NCBI GenBank assembly: GCA_963716395.1
Contig: OY970309.1
Coordinates: 704,001-768,000 of the forward strand
Direction of reading: 5' to 3'
DNA: 64,000 bases
Source of the DNA: an uncultured Fibrobacteria bacterium
GTDB taxonomy: Bacteria > Fibrobacterota > Fibrobacteria > UBA11236
How positions within the stretch are numbered: position 1 is the stretch's first letter; each line of letters begins with the position of its first letter. This document shows, in pieces, positions 41,583-52,156 of the stretch. Below the pieces are notes generated by a model, which was not told the origin of the DNA, did no database searches, and saw only the letters and a program-made list of their open reading frames with translations. The translations under genes and the position numbers were made by a program.

Positions 41583-44500
41583 ATGCGCCTGTCGCATCTT
41601 AGCATCGACCGCCCGGTCCTCACCATCGTGATTTCCCTGTTTTTGGGGGTGCTCGGAATTATCGCCATTCCCCAGCTGGGCGTCCGGGAATTCCCCTCGG
41701 TGGATCCGCCCATCATCACCGTGACTACCAATTACGGGGGCGCCAGCGCCGACGTGGTCGCCAACGAGATTACCGAGCCCCTGGAAGAATCCGTGAACGG
41801 AGTGGCCGGCATCCGCTCCATCTCCTCGGTGAGCCGTGAGGGCAGCAGCACCATCACGGTGGAATTCACGCTGGCCACCGATCTGGAAACCGCGGCCAAT
41901 GACGTGCGCGATCGGGTTTCCCGTGTCATCAAAAACCTGCCGGCCGACGCCGATCCGCCGACAGTGGCCAAGGCCGATGCCAACTCCTTTCCCATTCTGC
42001 TCATGACGGTGCAAAGCGACACGCGCGACATACTCGACGTATCCTACATGGGCACCCAGTTGGCTGAACGCCTGGAGACCATTCCCGGTGTGGCTTCAGT
42101 GGGTATTTGGGGTGAAAAGCAATACGCCATGCGTCTGTATCTGGATCCCGTCAAGCTGGCGGCGCACGGCCTGACCTTGGACGACGTGCAGGCGGCTTTG
42201 AACCAAGAGGACGTGGAATTGCCTTCCGGACTTTTGGAAGGCAAAACCGTTGAACTCACGGTCAACTCGCCCGGATTGATGGATTCCCCGGAGGACTTCA
42301 ATAATCTGGTGCTTCGCTCGGCCGCCAACGGTGGTTTGGTCCGGCTCAAAGACGTGGGCCAGGCGCATCTGGGCGCGCTGAACGAACGCTCAACATTGAA
42401 AATGAACGGAACGCCTATGGTCGGCTTGGGGCTCATCGCCCAACCCGGCGCCAACAGCATCGCTATCGGCAACGAGTTCTACAAACGCTATGCCCAGTTC
42501 AAAAAAGATTTGCCGCCCGACATAAAGATCAATGTTGGTTTCGACGGCACGACGTTTGTGCGCCAATCGCTCAAAGAAGTGGCGAAAACACTTGGGATTG
42601 CCTTTTTGCTCGTGATGCTGGTGCTGTTCTTTTTCCTGCGTGACGTCCGCTCCGCCCTGATTCCGGCTTTGGCCATTCCCGTATCCCTAATCGGCTCGCT
42701 GTTTCTGCTGTACAGCGCGGGATTCACCATCAATGTGCTCACCTTGCTCGGCCTGGTGCTGGCTATCGGCTTGGTGGTCGACGACGCCATCGTCGTGTTG
42801 GAAAACGTATACCGCAAAATCGAACGCGGTGAACCGCCCCTGCAAGCGGGCTACAGTGGGTTGGAAGAAATCTTTTTGGCCGTCATATCCACCACGGCAG
42901 TGCTGGCCGTGGTGTTTCTGCCCCTGTTTTTCATGTCCGGTTTCGTGGGCCGCCTGTTCCGCGAATTCGGGCTGGCCGTGGCGGGATCGGTGGTGCTTTC
43001 CGCTGTAGTGTCCCTGACTCTGACGCCCATGCTGTCCACCCGCATTCTGCGCCGCAAGCATTCCGGTCTGTATATGCGCACCGAACCCGCGTTTCAAAAA
43101 TTCTACACCGGTTACGCCCGCGCCTTGGGCGCGGTTCTGCACCATCGGGTGCTGGCCACCTCCTTGATCCTGGCCACGTTCGCGGGCTGTTTTCTTCTGG
43201 TTCACAATTTGAAATCGGAACTCGCACCGCTGGAAGATCGCGGCAATTTCAATATGATCGTCACCGCCCCCGAAGGCACCAACTACAGCGTCACGGAAAA
43301 GATCGTGGATCAATTGAACCGCTTGGCCGATAAGATTCCGGAGGCCGACGGCGTTCTGTCGGTGATCGGATTTCACGGCGGGACTAATACCGGTTTCGCC
43401 CGCGTATTTCTCAAAGATGCCGACAAACGCTCGCGCAGCCAGCAGCAAATCGTGAACACCCTGTATCCCGTCGTGAAGAAGATCACCCAGGCACGCGCTA
43501 TTCTGACGCAGGATGAAACCATTCAGACCGGTGGCTCCCATCTCGGCCTGCCCGTGCAATTCGTGATCGAAGCCCCCAATTTCGACAGCTTGGCCGAGGC
43601 GCTACCCCGCTTTGAAGCCGTTGTGCGCCAAGACAAAACCTTCGGAATGGTGGATGAGGACCTGAAGTTCACCCAGCCGCAATTGGACATCGCCGTTAAC
43701 CGGGATCGGCTGAACAGCCTCGGTGTGTCGTATTACAATGTCGCCCAGGCCTTGCTGCTGGCCTTGGGCGAGTCGCGGGTCGGTTATTTCCTGAAAGACG
43801 GGCGGCAATTCCAAGTGCTGGCGCAAGTACCCGACGCCTATCGCGGTGCGCCCGCCGACATCAACGCCATCCAGGTGCGCAGCAACGACGGCCACCTTAT
43901 TCCCCTGGGAAACCTGATTCAGTATCATGAGCATGCGGCGCCGCCGCAACTGTTCCATTACAACCGCGCATTTTCCGCCACGGTTTCCGCCACCTTAGCG
44001 CCGGGCATGGCCATGGGGGACGGCATCGCGGCCATGCGCCGGGCCGCCGCAAAAACGTTGAACTCGTCCTTCACCACCGAATTGGCCGGGCCGGCGCGCG
44101 ACTATGCCGAAAGTTCCTCCAGCCTCATCTTCGTGTTCATTCTGGCCCTGGTCTTGATCTATCTCGTGCTGGCCGCGCAGTTCGAAAGTTTCCGCGATCC
44201 GGCCATCATTCTCCTCACCGTGCCCCTGTCGCTTTTCGGCGCATTGTTGACGCTGTTTATTTTCCACCAAACCCTGAATATTTTCAGTGAAATCGGTTTG
44301 GTCATGCTCATCGGCCTGGTCACCAAAAACGGCATTCTCATCGTCGAGTTCACGCGCCAGAACGTGGAAAAGGGATTGCCCCTGGAGCAAGCCGTCATGC
44401 AGGCTTCCGAGACGCGTCTGCGGCCGATTCTCATGACGACCTTGACCGCCGCCTTGGGAATGCTGCCCATCGCCCTGGCTACGGGATCCGGAGCCGAAAG

Positions 44501-44630
44501 CCGAAGGCCCATGGGAATCGCGGTGGTCGGCGGTCTGATCTTCGGCATGGTGCTCACTTTGTTCGTCATTCCCACCATGACCATGCTGCTCCACAAAGCC
44601 CGCCATTCCGGACCTGCGCATGCTGCTTAA
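41583..44630 (+). CDS. RND efflux permease (AcrB/MdtB-like)
   Basis: IDRPV, GLVVDDAIVVLEN, LAAQFES, GLVTKNGILIVEF and RLRPILMTT motifs. Confidence 0.95.
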   Translation: MRLSHLSIDRPVLTIVISLFLGVLGIIAIPQLGVREFPSVDPPIITVTTNYGGASADVVANEITEPLEESVNGVAGIRSISSVSREGSSTITVEFTLATDLETAANDVRDRVSRVIKNLPADADPPTVAKADANSFPILLMTVQSDTRDILDVSYMGTQLAERLETIPGVASVGIWGEKQYAMRLYLDPVKLAAHGLTLDDVQAALNQEDVELPSGLLEGKTVELTVNSPGLMDSPEDFNNLVLRSAANGGLVRLKDVGQAHLGALNERSTLKMNGTPMVGLGLIAQPGANSIAIGNEFYKRYAQFKKDLPPDIKINVGFDGTTFVRQSLKEVAKTLGIAFLLVMLVLFFFLRDVRSALIPALAIPVSLIGSLFLLYSAGFTINVLTLLGLVLAIGLVVDDAIVVLENVYRKIERGEPPLQAGYSGLEEIFLAVISTTAVLAVVFLPLFFMSGFVGRLFREFGLAVAGSVVLSAVVSLTLTPMLSTRILRRKHSGLYMRTEPAFQKFYTGYARALGAVLHHRVLATSLILATFAGCFLLVHNLKSELAPLEDRGNFNMIVTAPEGTNYSVTEKIVDQLNRLADKIPEADGVLSVIGFHGGTNTGFARVFLKDADKRSRSQQQIVNTLYPVVKKITQARAILTQDETIQTGGSHLGLPVQFVIEAPNFDSLAEALPRFEAVVRQDKTFGMVDEDLKFTQPQLDIAVNRDRLNSLGVSYYNVAQALLLALGESRVGYFLKDGRQFQVLAQVPDAYRGAPADINAIQVRSNDGHLIPLGNLIQYHEHAAPPQLFHYNRAFSATVSATLAPGMAMGDGIAAMRRAAAKTLNSSFTTELAGPARDYAESSSSLIFVFILALVLIYLVLAAQFESFRDPAIILLTVPLSLFGALLTLFIFHQTLNIFSEIGLVMLIGLVTKNGILIVEFTRQNVEKGLPLEQAVMQASETRLRPILMTTLTAALGMLPIALATGSGAESRRPMGIAVVGGLIFGMVLTLFVIPTMTMLLHKARHSGPAHAA

Positions 44631-45942
44631 AGCCATAGCATGGGCCGGGGCCGTTTGCGTAGCCGCCAGTTCCGCGGCGACTTTGACGCTGACGCAGGCC
44701 TTGCAGGAAGCCGTGGCGCACAACCCCGGCTACCGGGCGGCACATTACGACACCTATTTCGCCCAAACCACCTACGATTCCGCAATCGCCGCTTACCTCC
44801 CCACCCTGACGGCCGCAGGCGGCTATTCCAAAAGCTGGCTCGACACACATCAGGAGCGCACCGGAAACGTCGTCCAAGACAAAAATCCCACCCGTTCCAC
44901 CGCCGCCGACGCGGGCGTGAATATGGATTGGACCTTGTTCCAGGGATTTTCGGGGCCGCTGTCACGGCGCCGGTTGGAATTGCAATGGCAACAGGCGCGC
45001 ATCGCCGAATCGGGTTCGCAGGAAGATTTGGTGTCCGGCGTGGTGCTCGCCTACGCCGACCTGGTGCGGCAGGAACGTTTGCACCGCGCACTCGACACCT
45101 CGGCGGAAATTTCCGGCGAACGCGTGCGCATCTTGCAAAGCAGCTTCGCGGTGGGTGCAGCCTCGCGTTCGGACCTGCTTTCAGCGCATGTGGATTGGAA
45201 CGCGGATCGGTCCGCTTTGATCCACCAACATTCGGCCCTGCAATCGGCGCGCGTGACGCTGGGCCAAATTCTCGGACGCAGCCGCGCCGTCACCGAAGAC
45301 GTCGACAGCGTCGCGCTTCCCGACCAACAGCTTGATCTCGAAACCCTGCTGCGCGGATTGCCCGATCACCGTCCCGATCTGCAATTGGCGGAAACCAATC
45401 TCGATTTGGCCCGGGTGTCGGCGGAACTGCGGGTTTCATCCTGGCTCCCGAAGATCGACGCTTTGGCCGGATACAATTTCGGCTTGACGCAATCCGACGC
45501 CGGTCTGGTGCTTGAGAACCGTACCTTGGGGCCCAGCCTGGGCCTGCAGGCCGAATGGAGTCTGTTCACGGGCGAAATGCCCTGGCATGCCTACCATCGC
45601 GCCAAACTGGCCGTGACCTCGGCCGACCTGCGCGAACAAGCCGCGCTGGAGGCGGCCGAAGCCGAAGTGACCCAGGCGTATGAAAACTTCCACGCCGAGG
45701 ATTCGGCGCTGGTGCTGGAACGCGAAGGTCTGGGGTATGCCGAGGAAAATCTGGGGTTGACCGTAACCCGATGGAAGTCGGGATCGCTGGCCTATCTCGA
45801 TGCCCGCCGCGCTCAAGACCAATATCTCTCGGCCGTCACGCAAATGGAGAATTCGACCTACGACGCCACGCAGGCCCGCATCGATCTCTTGCGCTCGGCC
45901 GGACGTTTGGAATCTTTGCTGGGGCCGGGAAAGACGAATTAG
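44620..45942 (+). CDS. TolC-family outer membrane factor
   Basis: LTLTQALQEAVAHNP, YLPTL, HRPDL and WLPKID repeats; follows the RND permease. Confidence 0.88.
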   Translation: MLLKAIAWAGAVCVAASSAATLTLTQALQEAVAHNPGYRAAHYDTYFAQTTYDSAIAAYLPTLTAAGGYSKSWLDTHQERTGNVVQDKNPTRSTAADAGVNMDWTLFQGFSGPLSRRRLELQWQQARIAESGSQEDLVSGVVLAYADLVRQERLHRALDTSAEISGERVRILQSSFAVGAASRSDLLSAHVDWNADRSALIHQHSALQSARVTLGQILGRSRAVTEDVDSVALPDQQLDLETLLRGLPDHRPDLQLAETNLDLARVSAELRVSSWLPKIDALAGYNFGLTQSDAGLVLENRTLGPSLGLQAEWSLFTGEMPWHAYHRAKLAVTSADLREQAALEAAEAEVTQAYENFHAEDSALVLEREGLGYAEENLGLTVTRWKSGSLAYLDARRAQDQYLSAVTQMENSTYDATQARIDLLRSAGRLESLLGPGKTN

Positions 45943-45971
45943 CCGGCTTTTCCCGCAACGGAAAAACCGGC
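45942..45971. terminator. Hairpin between convergent tolC-like and ankyrin genes
   Basis: GCCGG-C-TTTTCC-CGCAAC-GGAAAA-A-CCGGC. Confidence 0.45.
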
Positions 45972-45979
45972 CGGTGGGA

Positions 45980-46291
45980 TTAATGCAGTTGCGCGATGAA
46001 TCGGGTGTCTTCGAACTTCTCATCCACCGTGGTTTTGGCGCCCATTCCCTTGAGCAGCTTCATGGTGGAAAGCTGGCCGGTGCTGGCCGCAGCCAAATAG
46101 GGCGTGAAGCCTTCGGCATCATGCCCTTCGAGATCGGCTCCGGCTTTGATCAACGCCATTACCTCCTGGTTTTGACCCGTCTGGGCCGCCTGCACCAGGC
46201 GTTCATTCAAGGTCTTCTGCGAAGGCGCGAAGCCGCCCGCGCATGCGGCCAAAGTGAGCGAAGCGAATCCCAGCAACAGTTTCCGTTTCAT
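45980..46291 (-). CDS. Small ankyrin-repeat lipoprotein
   Basis: MKRKLLL...LAAC lipobox; ALIKAGAD....GFTPYLAAASTG....KLL..MGA; GGAGG RBS. Confidence 0.8.
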   Translation of the reverse strand: MKRKLLLGFASLTLAACAGGFAPSQKTLNERLVQAAQTGQNQEVMALIKAGADLEGHDAEGFTPYLAAASTGQLSTMKLLKGMGAKTTVDEKFEDTRFIAQLH

Positions 46292-46449
46292 GGTCGTCCT
46301 CCCCTCCCGTTGCATGTCTATAGCATACCGCCAACGAAAGACGGATTCACGCGCCGCGAAATTTTTGTCCGCACTTTGACGCCTTCGCCAATTCATGGCG
46401 ATTCACGCAGGCGGCGCAGCGTCGAATCCCGCAAATACGATCAACACCG

Positions 46450-47565
46450 ATGGACTTTGAAAAAACGCAACTACCCCGCAAAGGGTCTGGAAAGGCGTCT
46501 CTCGGTCTATACTTAGGCTTGCCCATGGTTCTGCGCAAACCCGCCGTTCCCATTGCCGTCGCGCCGCCGCGGCCGGCCTCGTTCCGTCCCCTGGGATTAA
46601 CGGAGTGGGTGTCGCCGACGGGCTTGGGCGGCCTTAACTATTCGGCCTTGCCGCGCTACCGCGTGGTGGCCGGCGAACCCCGCTGCCACCGCGAATGTCT
46701 GCGCGATTTGATCCGCGAGTTCGAAAGTGAGTGCCGCCGGGAGCGCCTTCGCATCCTGTATTTCGGCCTGCCCGGCTCCCTCCGCCAATGCCTCGATCCC
46801 GAAGGCCGGCGCGGATCGCTGCATATCGGGGATCTTCCGGTCTTCGATTTGCGGCGCTGGGTGCATCGCCGGCTTTTTCCGCCGGCCGTGCAATCCCAAA
46901 TCCGCCGCGTGGAACGGCGGGGTGTGCGCGCGCGCTTTCTGAAAGTGGCGCCCACCGAAACCCACGCGTTACGTTCCTGCCTGCGGTCCTGGTTGTTGGG
47001 AAAAGGCATGCCGCCCTTGCGGTTTTTGACCGATCCCTTTCTGCTCAACCCCTGGCCCGATCAGGGGGTGTGGGCCGCCGAGGCCCGGACCGGCATTCCC
47101 TCTTTTCTCACCTGGTCGCGATCGGAATTTCACGATCTGTGGCGCATCGACATCATTGCGCGCGCGCCGGGCGCGCCCAACGGCTGCGCCGAACTGGTGG
47201 TGGCTTCGGCCTTCCAGGCCGCGGCGTTGCAGGGACATTCCCGCATCACCTTGGGGTTGGCGCCGCTGGCGCGCCGTTCGGCCACGCCGCCCCAATACAA
47301 TCCCGCGTGGTTCCGCGGCCTGGCGTATGCGGCGCGGCGTTGGGGCACCCCCTGGTACTCTTTCGCGGGCCTGGAAACCTTCAAGGCCAAATTCCGTCCC
47401 GACTTTTGGGAGCCGGTGTTCTGCGTGGGCCAACACCCCGCCTTCACGGCGCAGGATGGCGCGGCCATGCTGCGGGCCTTTACGGAAAAACCGCTGTGGC
47501 GTTACGGCTGGGAAGCGGCCTGGTGGCGGGTCGGGCGCCGCTCCACGCGCAGTTGGCCGCTGTGA
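46450..47565 (+). CDS. DUF2156 / aminoacyl-phosphatidylglycerol synthase C-terminal-like domain protein; start uncertain
   Basis: VAGEP, APNGCAE, LGLAPLA and YSFAGLETFKAKFRP..WEP motifs; no membrane domain. Confidence 0.75.
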   Translation: MDFEKTQLPRKGSGKASLGLYLGLPMVLRKPAVPIAVAPPRPASFRPLGLTEWVSPTGLGGLNYSALPRYRVVAGEPRCHRECLRDLIREFESECRRERLRILYFGLPGSLRQCLDPEGRRGSLHIGDLPVFDLRRWVHRRLFPPAVQSQIRRVERRGVRARFLKVAPTETHALRSCLRSWLLGKGMPPLRFLTDPFLLNPWPDQGVWAAEARTGIPSFLTWSRSEFHDLWRIDIIARAPGAPNGCAELVVASAFQAAALQGHSRITLGLAPLARRSATPPQYNPAWFRGLAYAARRWGTPWYSFAGLETFKAKFRPDFWEPVFCVGQHPAFTAQDGAAMLRAFTEKPLWRYGWEAAWWRVGRRSTRSWPL

Positions 47566-47717
47566 CCCGCCGCGCGCGACCGGGCGCGCAACATTTTTTT
47601 GAATCGATATTTTGATCACAAGACATTGCCGACTTCGCCTTGCCAGCCGGGCGTTTAAACGCTATTTTACTGCACAAATTTTCACTAGGCGGGTTTTCGG
47701 GAAACGCAAAGGATAGC

Positions 47718-50700
47718 ATGGACACCCACATTCGCGTGCGCGGAGCCCGCGCCCATAACCTGAAGAACGTCGACGTCGACATTCCCAAAAACAAGCTGGT
47801 GGTGATCACCGGATTGTCGGGATCGGGAAAATCTTCGCTGGCCTTCGACACCATTTACGCCGAGGGGCAGCGTCGCTATGTCGAATCGCTGTCGGCCTAT
47901 GCGCGGCAATTCCTGGGCTTGATGGAAAAGCCCGACGTGGATTTGATCGACGGCCTGTCGCCCGCCATTTCCATCGATCAGAAAAGCGCGGGGCACAACC
48001 CCCGCTCCACCGTCGGCACCATCACCGAGGTCTACGACTATCTGCGCCTGTTGTTCGCGCGCGTGGGGCATGCGCGGAGCCCGGCCTCGGGCAAGCGCCT
48101 CAAAAACCAGAGCGTGCAGGAGATCGTCGACGCGATCCTGGCGCTGCCCGAAAGCCGCCGCGCGGCCGAAGGCGTGAAGATCATGCTCCTGGCCCCGCTG
48201 GTGAAGGATCGCAAGGGGACTTACGAAGAGCTGTTCCAGCGCTGTCTGGCGCAAGGCTTCGTGCGTGCGCGCGTCGACGGACAGGTGTACCAGTTGGAAG
48301 AGAAAATCAAACTGGATCGCTTCGTGAAGCACAACATCGAACTGGTGGTCGACCGCCTCGTCATCCGCGCCGGGGCCGGCGGCGAAACCGAGTTCCGCAA
48401 ACGCCTCACCGACTCGGTGGAATTGGCGCTCAAGCACGGCGAAGGCGAAATGCTGGTCAACCTCACGGAACAGAAAGAGGATTTGTTCTTTTCGGAAAAA
48501 CTGGTCGACCCGGCCACGGGGCAATCGTTTCCCGAAATCGAGCCGCACAGCTTTTCCTTCAACTCGCCCCATGGCGCTTGCCCGGCCTGCAACGGCCTGG
48601 GCTTCATCAAAGAAGTCGACCCGCGCGCGGTGCTCGACCCGGATCTTTCCATTAATGACGGCGGCATTTTGCCTTGGGCCGGTTCGGCGAACAACGAAGA
48701 TTCGTGGTACATGCAACTGCTCAAGCAAATCGCCAAAGACGAGAAGTTTTCGCTCGACACGCCGCTCGGCAAGTTGTCGAAGCGGCATCTCGAACTCATA
48801 CTGCACGGCACGGGCGACACGCGCTACAAGCTGAAATGGGGCGCGGCCTCGGGGCACACCAACACCTGGCATGCGCGTTACGACGGCGTGGTTAAATCTC
48901 TGAAGAAGAAATACGAGCAGACCGAAAGCGAGAGCGTACGTCGCGACCTTGAACAATACATGGACGACAAGCCCTGCGGCACTTGCCAGGGCTTGCGCCT
49001 CAAACCCGAAGCGCTGGCCGTCACCTTGCGCGGCCTGAACATCGCCGATCTCGGCGGCCTCTCCATCGACCGGGCCCACGACTGGATACGCGCCCTGCAA
49101 GAAGGCAAACCCGCCGGCGCTATGCCCGATTCCTGCCTGTATCGTTTCTACTCCTTTCCGAAAATCCGCGCCGACGAAGACGACCTGTCGCCGCAGGAGC
49201 GGCAAATCGCCAAACAGGTATTCAAAGAAATCCTCAGCCGGCTCACTTTTCTGCTCAGCGTGGGGCTGGCGTATCTCAATTTGAGCCGCACCGCGCGCAC
49301 CTTATCGGGCGGCGAAGCGCAGCGCATCCGCTTGGCCTCGCAAATCGGCACCGGCCTCACCGGAGTGCTCTACGTGCTCGACGAGCCTTCCATCGGCCTG
49401 CACCAACGCGACAACGACCGCCTGCTCAAAACCCTGCAACATCTGCGCGACCTGGGCAACAGCGTGCTGGTGGTCGAGCACGACGCCGACACCATTCGCC
49501 TGGCCGACTGGGTCATCGACATCGGTCCGGGTGCGGGCGAGCACGGCGGGCGCGTCGTGTTCAGCGGCACGCCGGAGGCGTTGACGACCTCGGGCAATAC
49601 CGACACCGGCGCCTATCTCAGCGGCCGCAGGCGCATCGATCGCGCCTCGCTTCAGGCCGAGGCCGAAATCCTGGCGCCCCGCGCCGGGGCGGTGGACCAC
49701 CATGGCAAAAGCCTCAAGCTCTCGGTGGTGGCGCACAACAATTTAAAAGGAGTAACCGCAGAGTTTCCCCTGGGGAAATTCATCGCCGTGACCGGCGTCT
49801 CGGGCAGCGGCAAGTCGTCGCTGATCAACGACGTGCTGGCGCGGGTGCTGGCGCAGAAACTGCACGGCTCCCGCCAGAAACCCGGCTCGTACCGCTCCGT
49901 CGAAGGGTTGCAGCATCTCGACAAGGCCATCGTCATCGACCAGAGCCCCATCGGACGCACGCCGCGCTCCAATCCCGCCACCTACACGGGATTGTTCGCC
50001 GGCATCCGCGATTTGTTCGCCCTGACCCAGGAGGCGAAGGTGCGCGGCTACAAGCCGGGCCGCTTCAGCTTCAATGTCAAAGGCGGGCGCTGCGAGCATT
50101 GCGAAGGCGACGGGCTCATCCGCATCGAAATGCAATTTCTGCCCGACGTGTATGTGACCTGCGAGGTGTGCAAGGGCAAGCGCTACAACCGCGATACGCT
50201 CACCGTGCTGTACAAAGGCAAGTCCATCGCCGAAGTGCTCGACATGACCGTGGAAGAGGCGCATGCCTTTTTCGCCAATCTGCCGGCCCTGGCCGGAAAG
50301 CTGAAGACTTTGCTTGAGGTGGGCCTCGGCTACATCAAGCTCGGCCAATCGGCCACCACGCTGTCGGGCGGCGAGGCCCAGCGCATGAAGCTGGCCGCGG
50401 AATTGTCGCGCCGCTCCACGGGGCGTTCCTTCTACATCCTCGACGAACCTTCGACCGGACTGCACTTCGAAGATGTGCGCAAGCTCCTGATCGTGCTGCA
50501 CTCGCTGGTGGCGCAGGGCAATACCGTGCTCGTCATCGAGCACAATCTCGACATCGTGCGCAACGCCGATTTCATTCTCGATCTCGGCCCCGAAGGCGGC
50601 GACGCCGGCGGCCGCATCATCGCCCAGGGCACGGTGGCAGAAGTGGCCGCCGCGCCGGAATCGCATACCGGCGCATGGCTGGCGAAAATGTTGGCCGAAG

Positions 50701-50759
50701 AAGGCCGGCGTAAAATTCCGCCGGCGCGCAAGCGCGAATTGGCGCGCGTCGGAAATTAA
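47718..50759 (+). CDS. uvrA: Excinuclease ABC subunit A
   Basis: GLSGSGKSSLAFDTIYAEGQRRY, two LSGGEAQR signatures, Zn-finger CxxC pairs. Confidence 0.98.
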   Translation: MDTHIRVRGARAHNLKNVDVDIPKNKLVVITGLSGSGKSSLAFDTIYAEGQRRYVESLSAYARQFLGLMEKPDVDLIDGLSPAISIDQKSAGHNPRSTVGTITEVYDYLRLLFARVGHARSPASGKRLKNQSVQEIVDAILALPESRRAAEGVKIMLLAPLVKDRKGTYEELFQRCLAQGFVRARVDGQVYQLEEKIKLDRFVKHNIELVVDRLVIRAGAGGETEFRKRLTDSVELALKHGEGEMLVNLTEQKEDLFFSEKLVDPATGQSFPEIEPHSFSFNSPHGACPACNGLGFIKEVDPRAVLDPDLSINDGGILPWAGSANNEDSWYMQLLKQIAKDEKFSLDTPLGKLSKRHLELILHGTGDTRYKLKWGAASGHTNTWHARYDGVVKSLKKKYEQTESESVRRDLEQYMDDKPCGTCQGLRLKPEALAVTLRGLNIADLGGLSIDRAHDWIRALQEGKPAGAMPDSCLYRFYSFPKIRADEDDLSPQERQIAKQVFKEILSRLTFLLSVGLAYLNLSRTARTLSGGEAQRIRLASQIGTGLTGVLYVLDEPSIGLHQRDNDRLLKTLQHLRDLGNSVLVVEHDADTIRLADWVIDIGPGAGEHGGRVVFSGTPEALTTSGNTDTGAYLSGRRRIDRASLQAEAEILAPRAGAVDHHGKSLKLSVVAHNNLKGVTAEFPLGKFIAVTGVSGSGKSSLINDVLARVLAQKLHGSRQKPGSYRSVEGLQHLDKAIVIDQSPIGRTPRSNPATYTGLFAGIRDLFALTQEAKVRGYKPGRFSFNVKGGRCEHCEGDGLIRIEMQFLPDVYVTCEVCKGKRYNRDTLTVLYKGKSIAEVLDMTVEEAHAFFANLPALAGKLKTLLEVGLGYIKLGQSATTLSGGEAQRMKLAAELSRRSTGRSFYILDEPSTGLHFEDVRKLLIVLHSLVAQGNTVLVIEHNLDIVRNADFILDLGPEGGDAGGRIIAQGTVAEVAAAPESHTGAWLAKMLAEEGRRKIPPARKRELARVGN

Positions 50760-50936
50760 GGGTACCTCTAATAATCGCATTCCGGCTGCGGCTCCGCCTC
50801 CGGCGGACGAAGGCCTCCGGCTTCGTTGTCGGCCGCAGGCGGAGCGATATTCAAGCCATACCACCTTTCTCGCGCGCCTTGCCGGCGACCTTCTCGCTCG
50901 GCCTCGCTTTCGAAAGCCGATCATTAGAGGTACCCT
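50759..50936. mobile_element. MITE-like element, copy 1
   Basis: Terminal inverted repeats AAGGGTACCTCTAATAATCG / CGATCATTAGAGGTACCCTT (19/20 match); TTA on both flanks; no transposase. Confidence 0.75.
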
Positions 50937-51281
50937 TTAGCAGCGGCCGCAGCCATCGCGTCGATTCCGCCGGTGAGCGCGACGAACGGCATGCGAATAT
51001 TGCCTACTCGTTCAACGCTTTGCGCATGTATCGCCTCTGGCGGCGCATGGTCTGTGGGAATTTCGCTGCCGATCCGCAATCGCTGGAAGCGGGCTTTCCT
51101 TTTCGCCGCGTCGAAATTTTCGGCATCGACTTCCGCGCCAATCCCACCATTACTTTCGGCTATCGCAAAATTCAAACCACCGCCGGAATTCGCAACGGGC
51201 AGCGTGCTGCCTATTTCGCTTTTTCGCTGTGAAGGATTCAATCGAAGTTAAGCGGCGCCGACAGGCGCCGAGTCGGGCGGC

Positions 51282-51578
51282 TTAATTTCCCTGCTGCGCT
51301 TGTTGCTCCGCTTCTTTGGCCAACAGTTTCTTGGCCTGGATGTCACCGCTGTTGGCCTCTTGCTGCGTTTGGGTGGGGGTTTCCGTCGCCTCCTGCAGCA
51401 TCTTCTGGGCCGTGTTGCTGATCTGGACCGTCGCCGCCGGAGTATTCCGGGGCTTTGACGTCGCGCTTGCCTGGGATGCGCTGTGATCGGAATCGCCGTC
51501 GCTGTCTTTGGAAGGCGGCTCCGTCGCGGCCGGGTTCGCGGAATAACCGGGGGCAGAAGTAATGGAATTGATATTCAT
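51282..51578 (-). CDS. Small low-complexity hypothetical protein
   Basis: 98 aa S/T/A/Q-rich ORF (DSDGDSD, TVQIS, QEATETPTQTQQEA..GD.QAKKLL) with plausible codon usage and a promoter-like motif upstream. Confidence 0.7.
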   Translation of the reverse strand: MNINSITSAPGYSANPAATEPPSKDSDGDSDHSASQASATSKPRNTPAATVQISNTAQKMLQEATETPTQTQQEANSGDIQAKKLLAKEAEQQAQQGN

Positions 51579-51626
51579 GGCTTGGCTTTCGTTGGCGTGG
51601 ATTTCGAACTCATGCGCTCACCTTTT

Positions 51627-51653
51627 TTATCGGTGCCAAGAACTTCGACTTGA
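51627..51653 (-). promoter_or_regulatory. Sigma28 (FliA)-like promoter
   Basis: TCAA-N15-ACCGATAA versus consensus TAAA-N15-GCCGATAA. Confidence 0.6.
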
Positions 51654-52156
51654 TGATTAAACCCGGTTTATAAATTTTGCACCCGCTTGATTTTGAACCC
51701 TTTTTGCTTCAAGGCGTGCGAAGCCTGCAAGCGTCGGACTTATCGCCCCGGCAAGTTGAAACCTCGGCCGGGCCTTCCAGCAGGATTGATGAAGGACGAA
51801 ACCTCCCCAGTACGCGCGTTTCGACGGATATTTCTCGGCGTCGTCACGGACGATTTGACCTTTCCGCCAAACGAATTTTTTTTAATTCGAATAATTTGGA
51901 ATCGGCGAAACTGTATTAATAAAAATGGAGCGCCGTTTTTCCGTTTGGTAGTTTCCCGCATGGACTTCCACCATTTCTTCGGCCTTCCATTATGCCATGC
52001 GATCCGAGTCCCCAAATTGACAATTCCACCGCACCTCTCCCGATCACGGCTCCCACGCTTTCATTCCGCCTGAAGCCTCGAAGGGGGTTCAAAGTTTCCG
52101 CACACCAACCAGGACCCTTATCGCCGAGCATCCCCGCATAAAGACACCAGTCCGCA

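Noticed and set aside
50879-51251. Short ORFs after MITE copy 1, and ORFs in 51677-52073 and 20812-21223
   Set aside because: No RBS, motifs or convincing codon bias; possibly decayed sequence.
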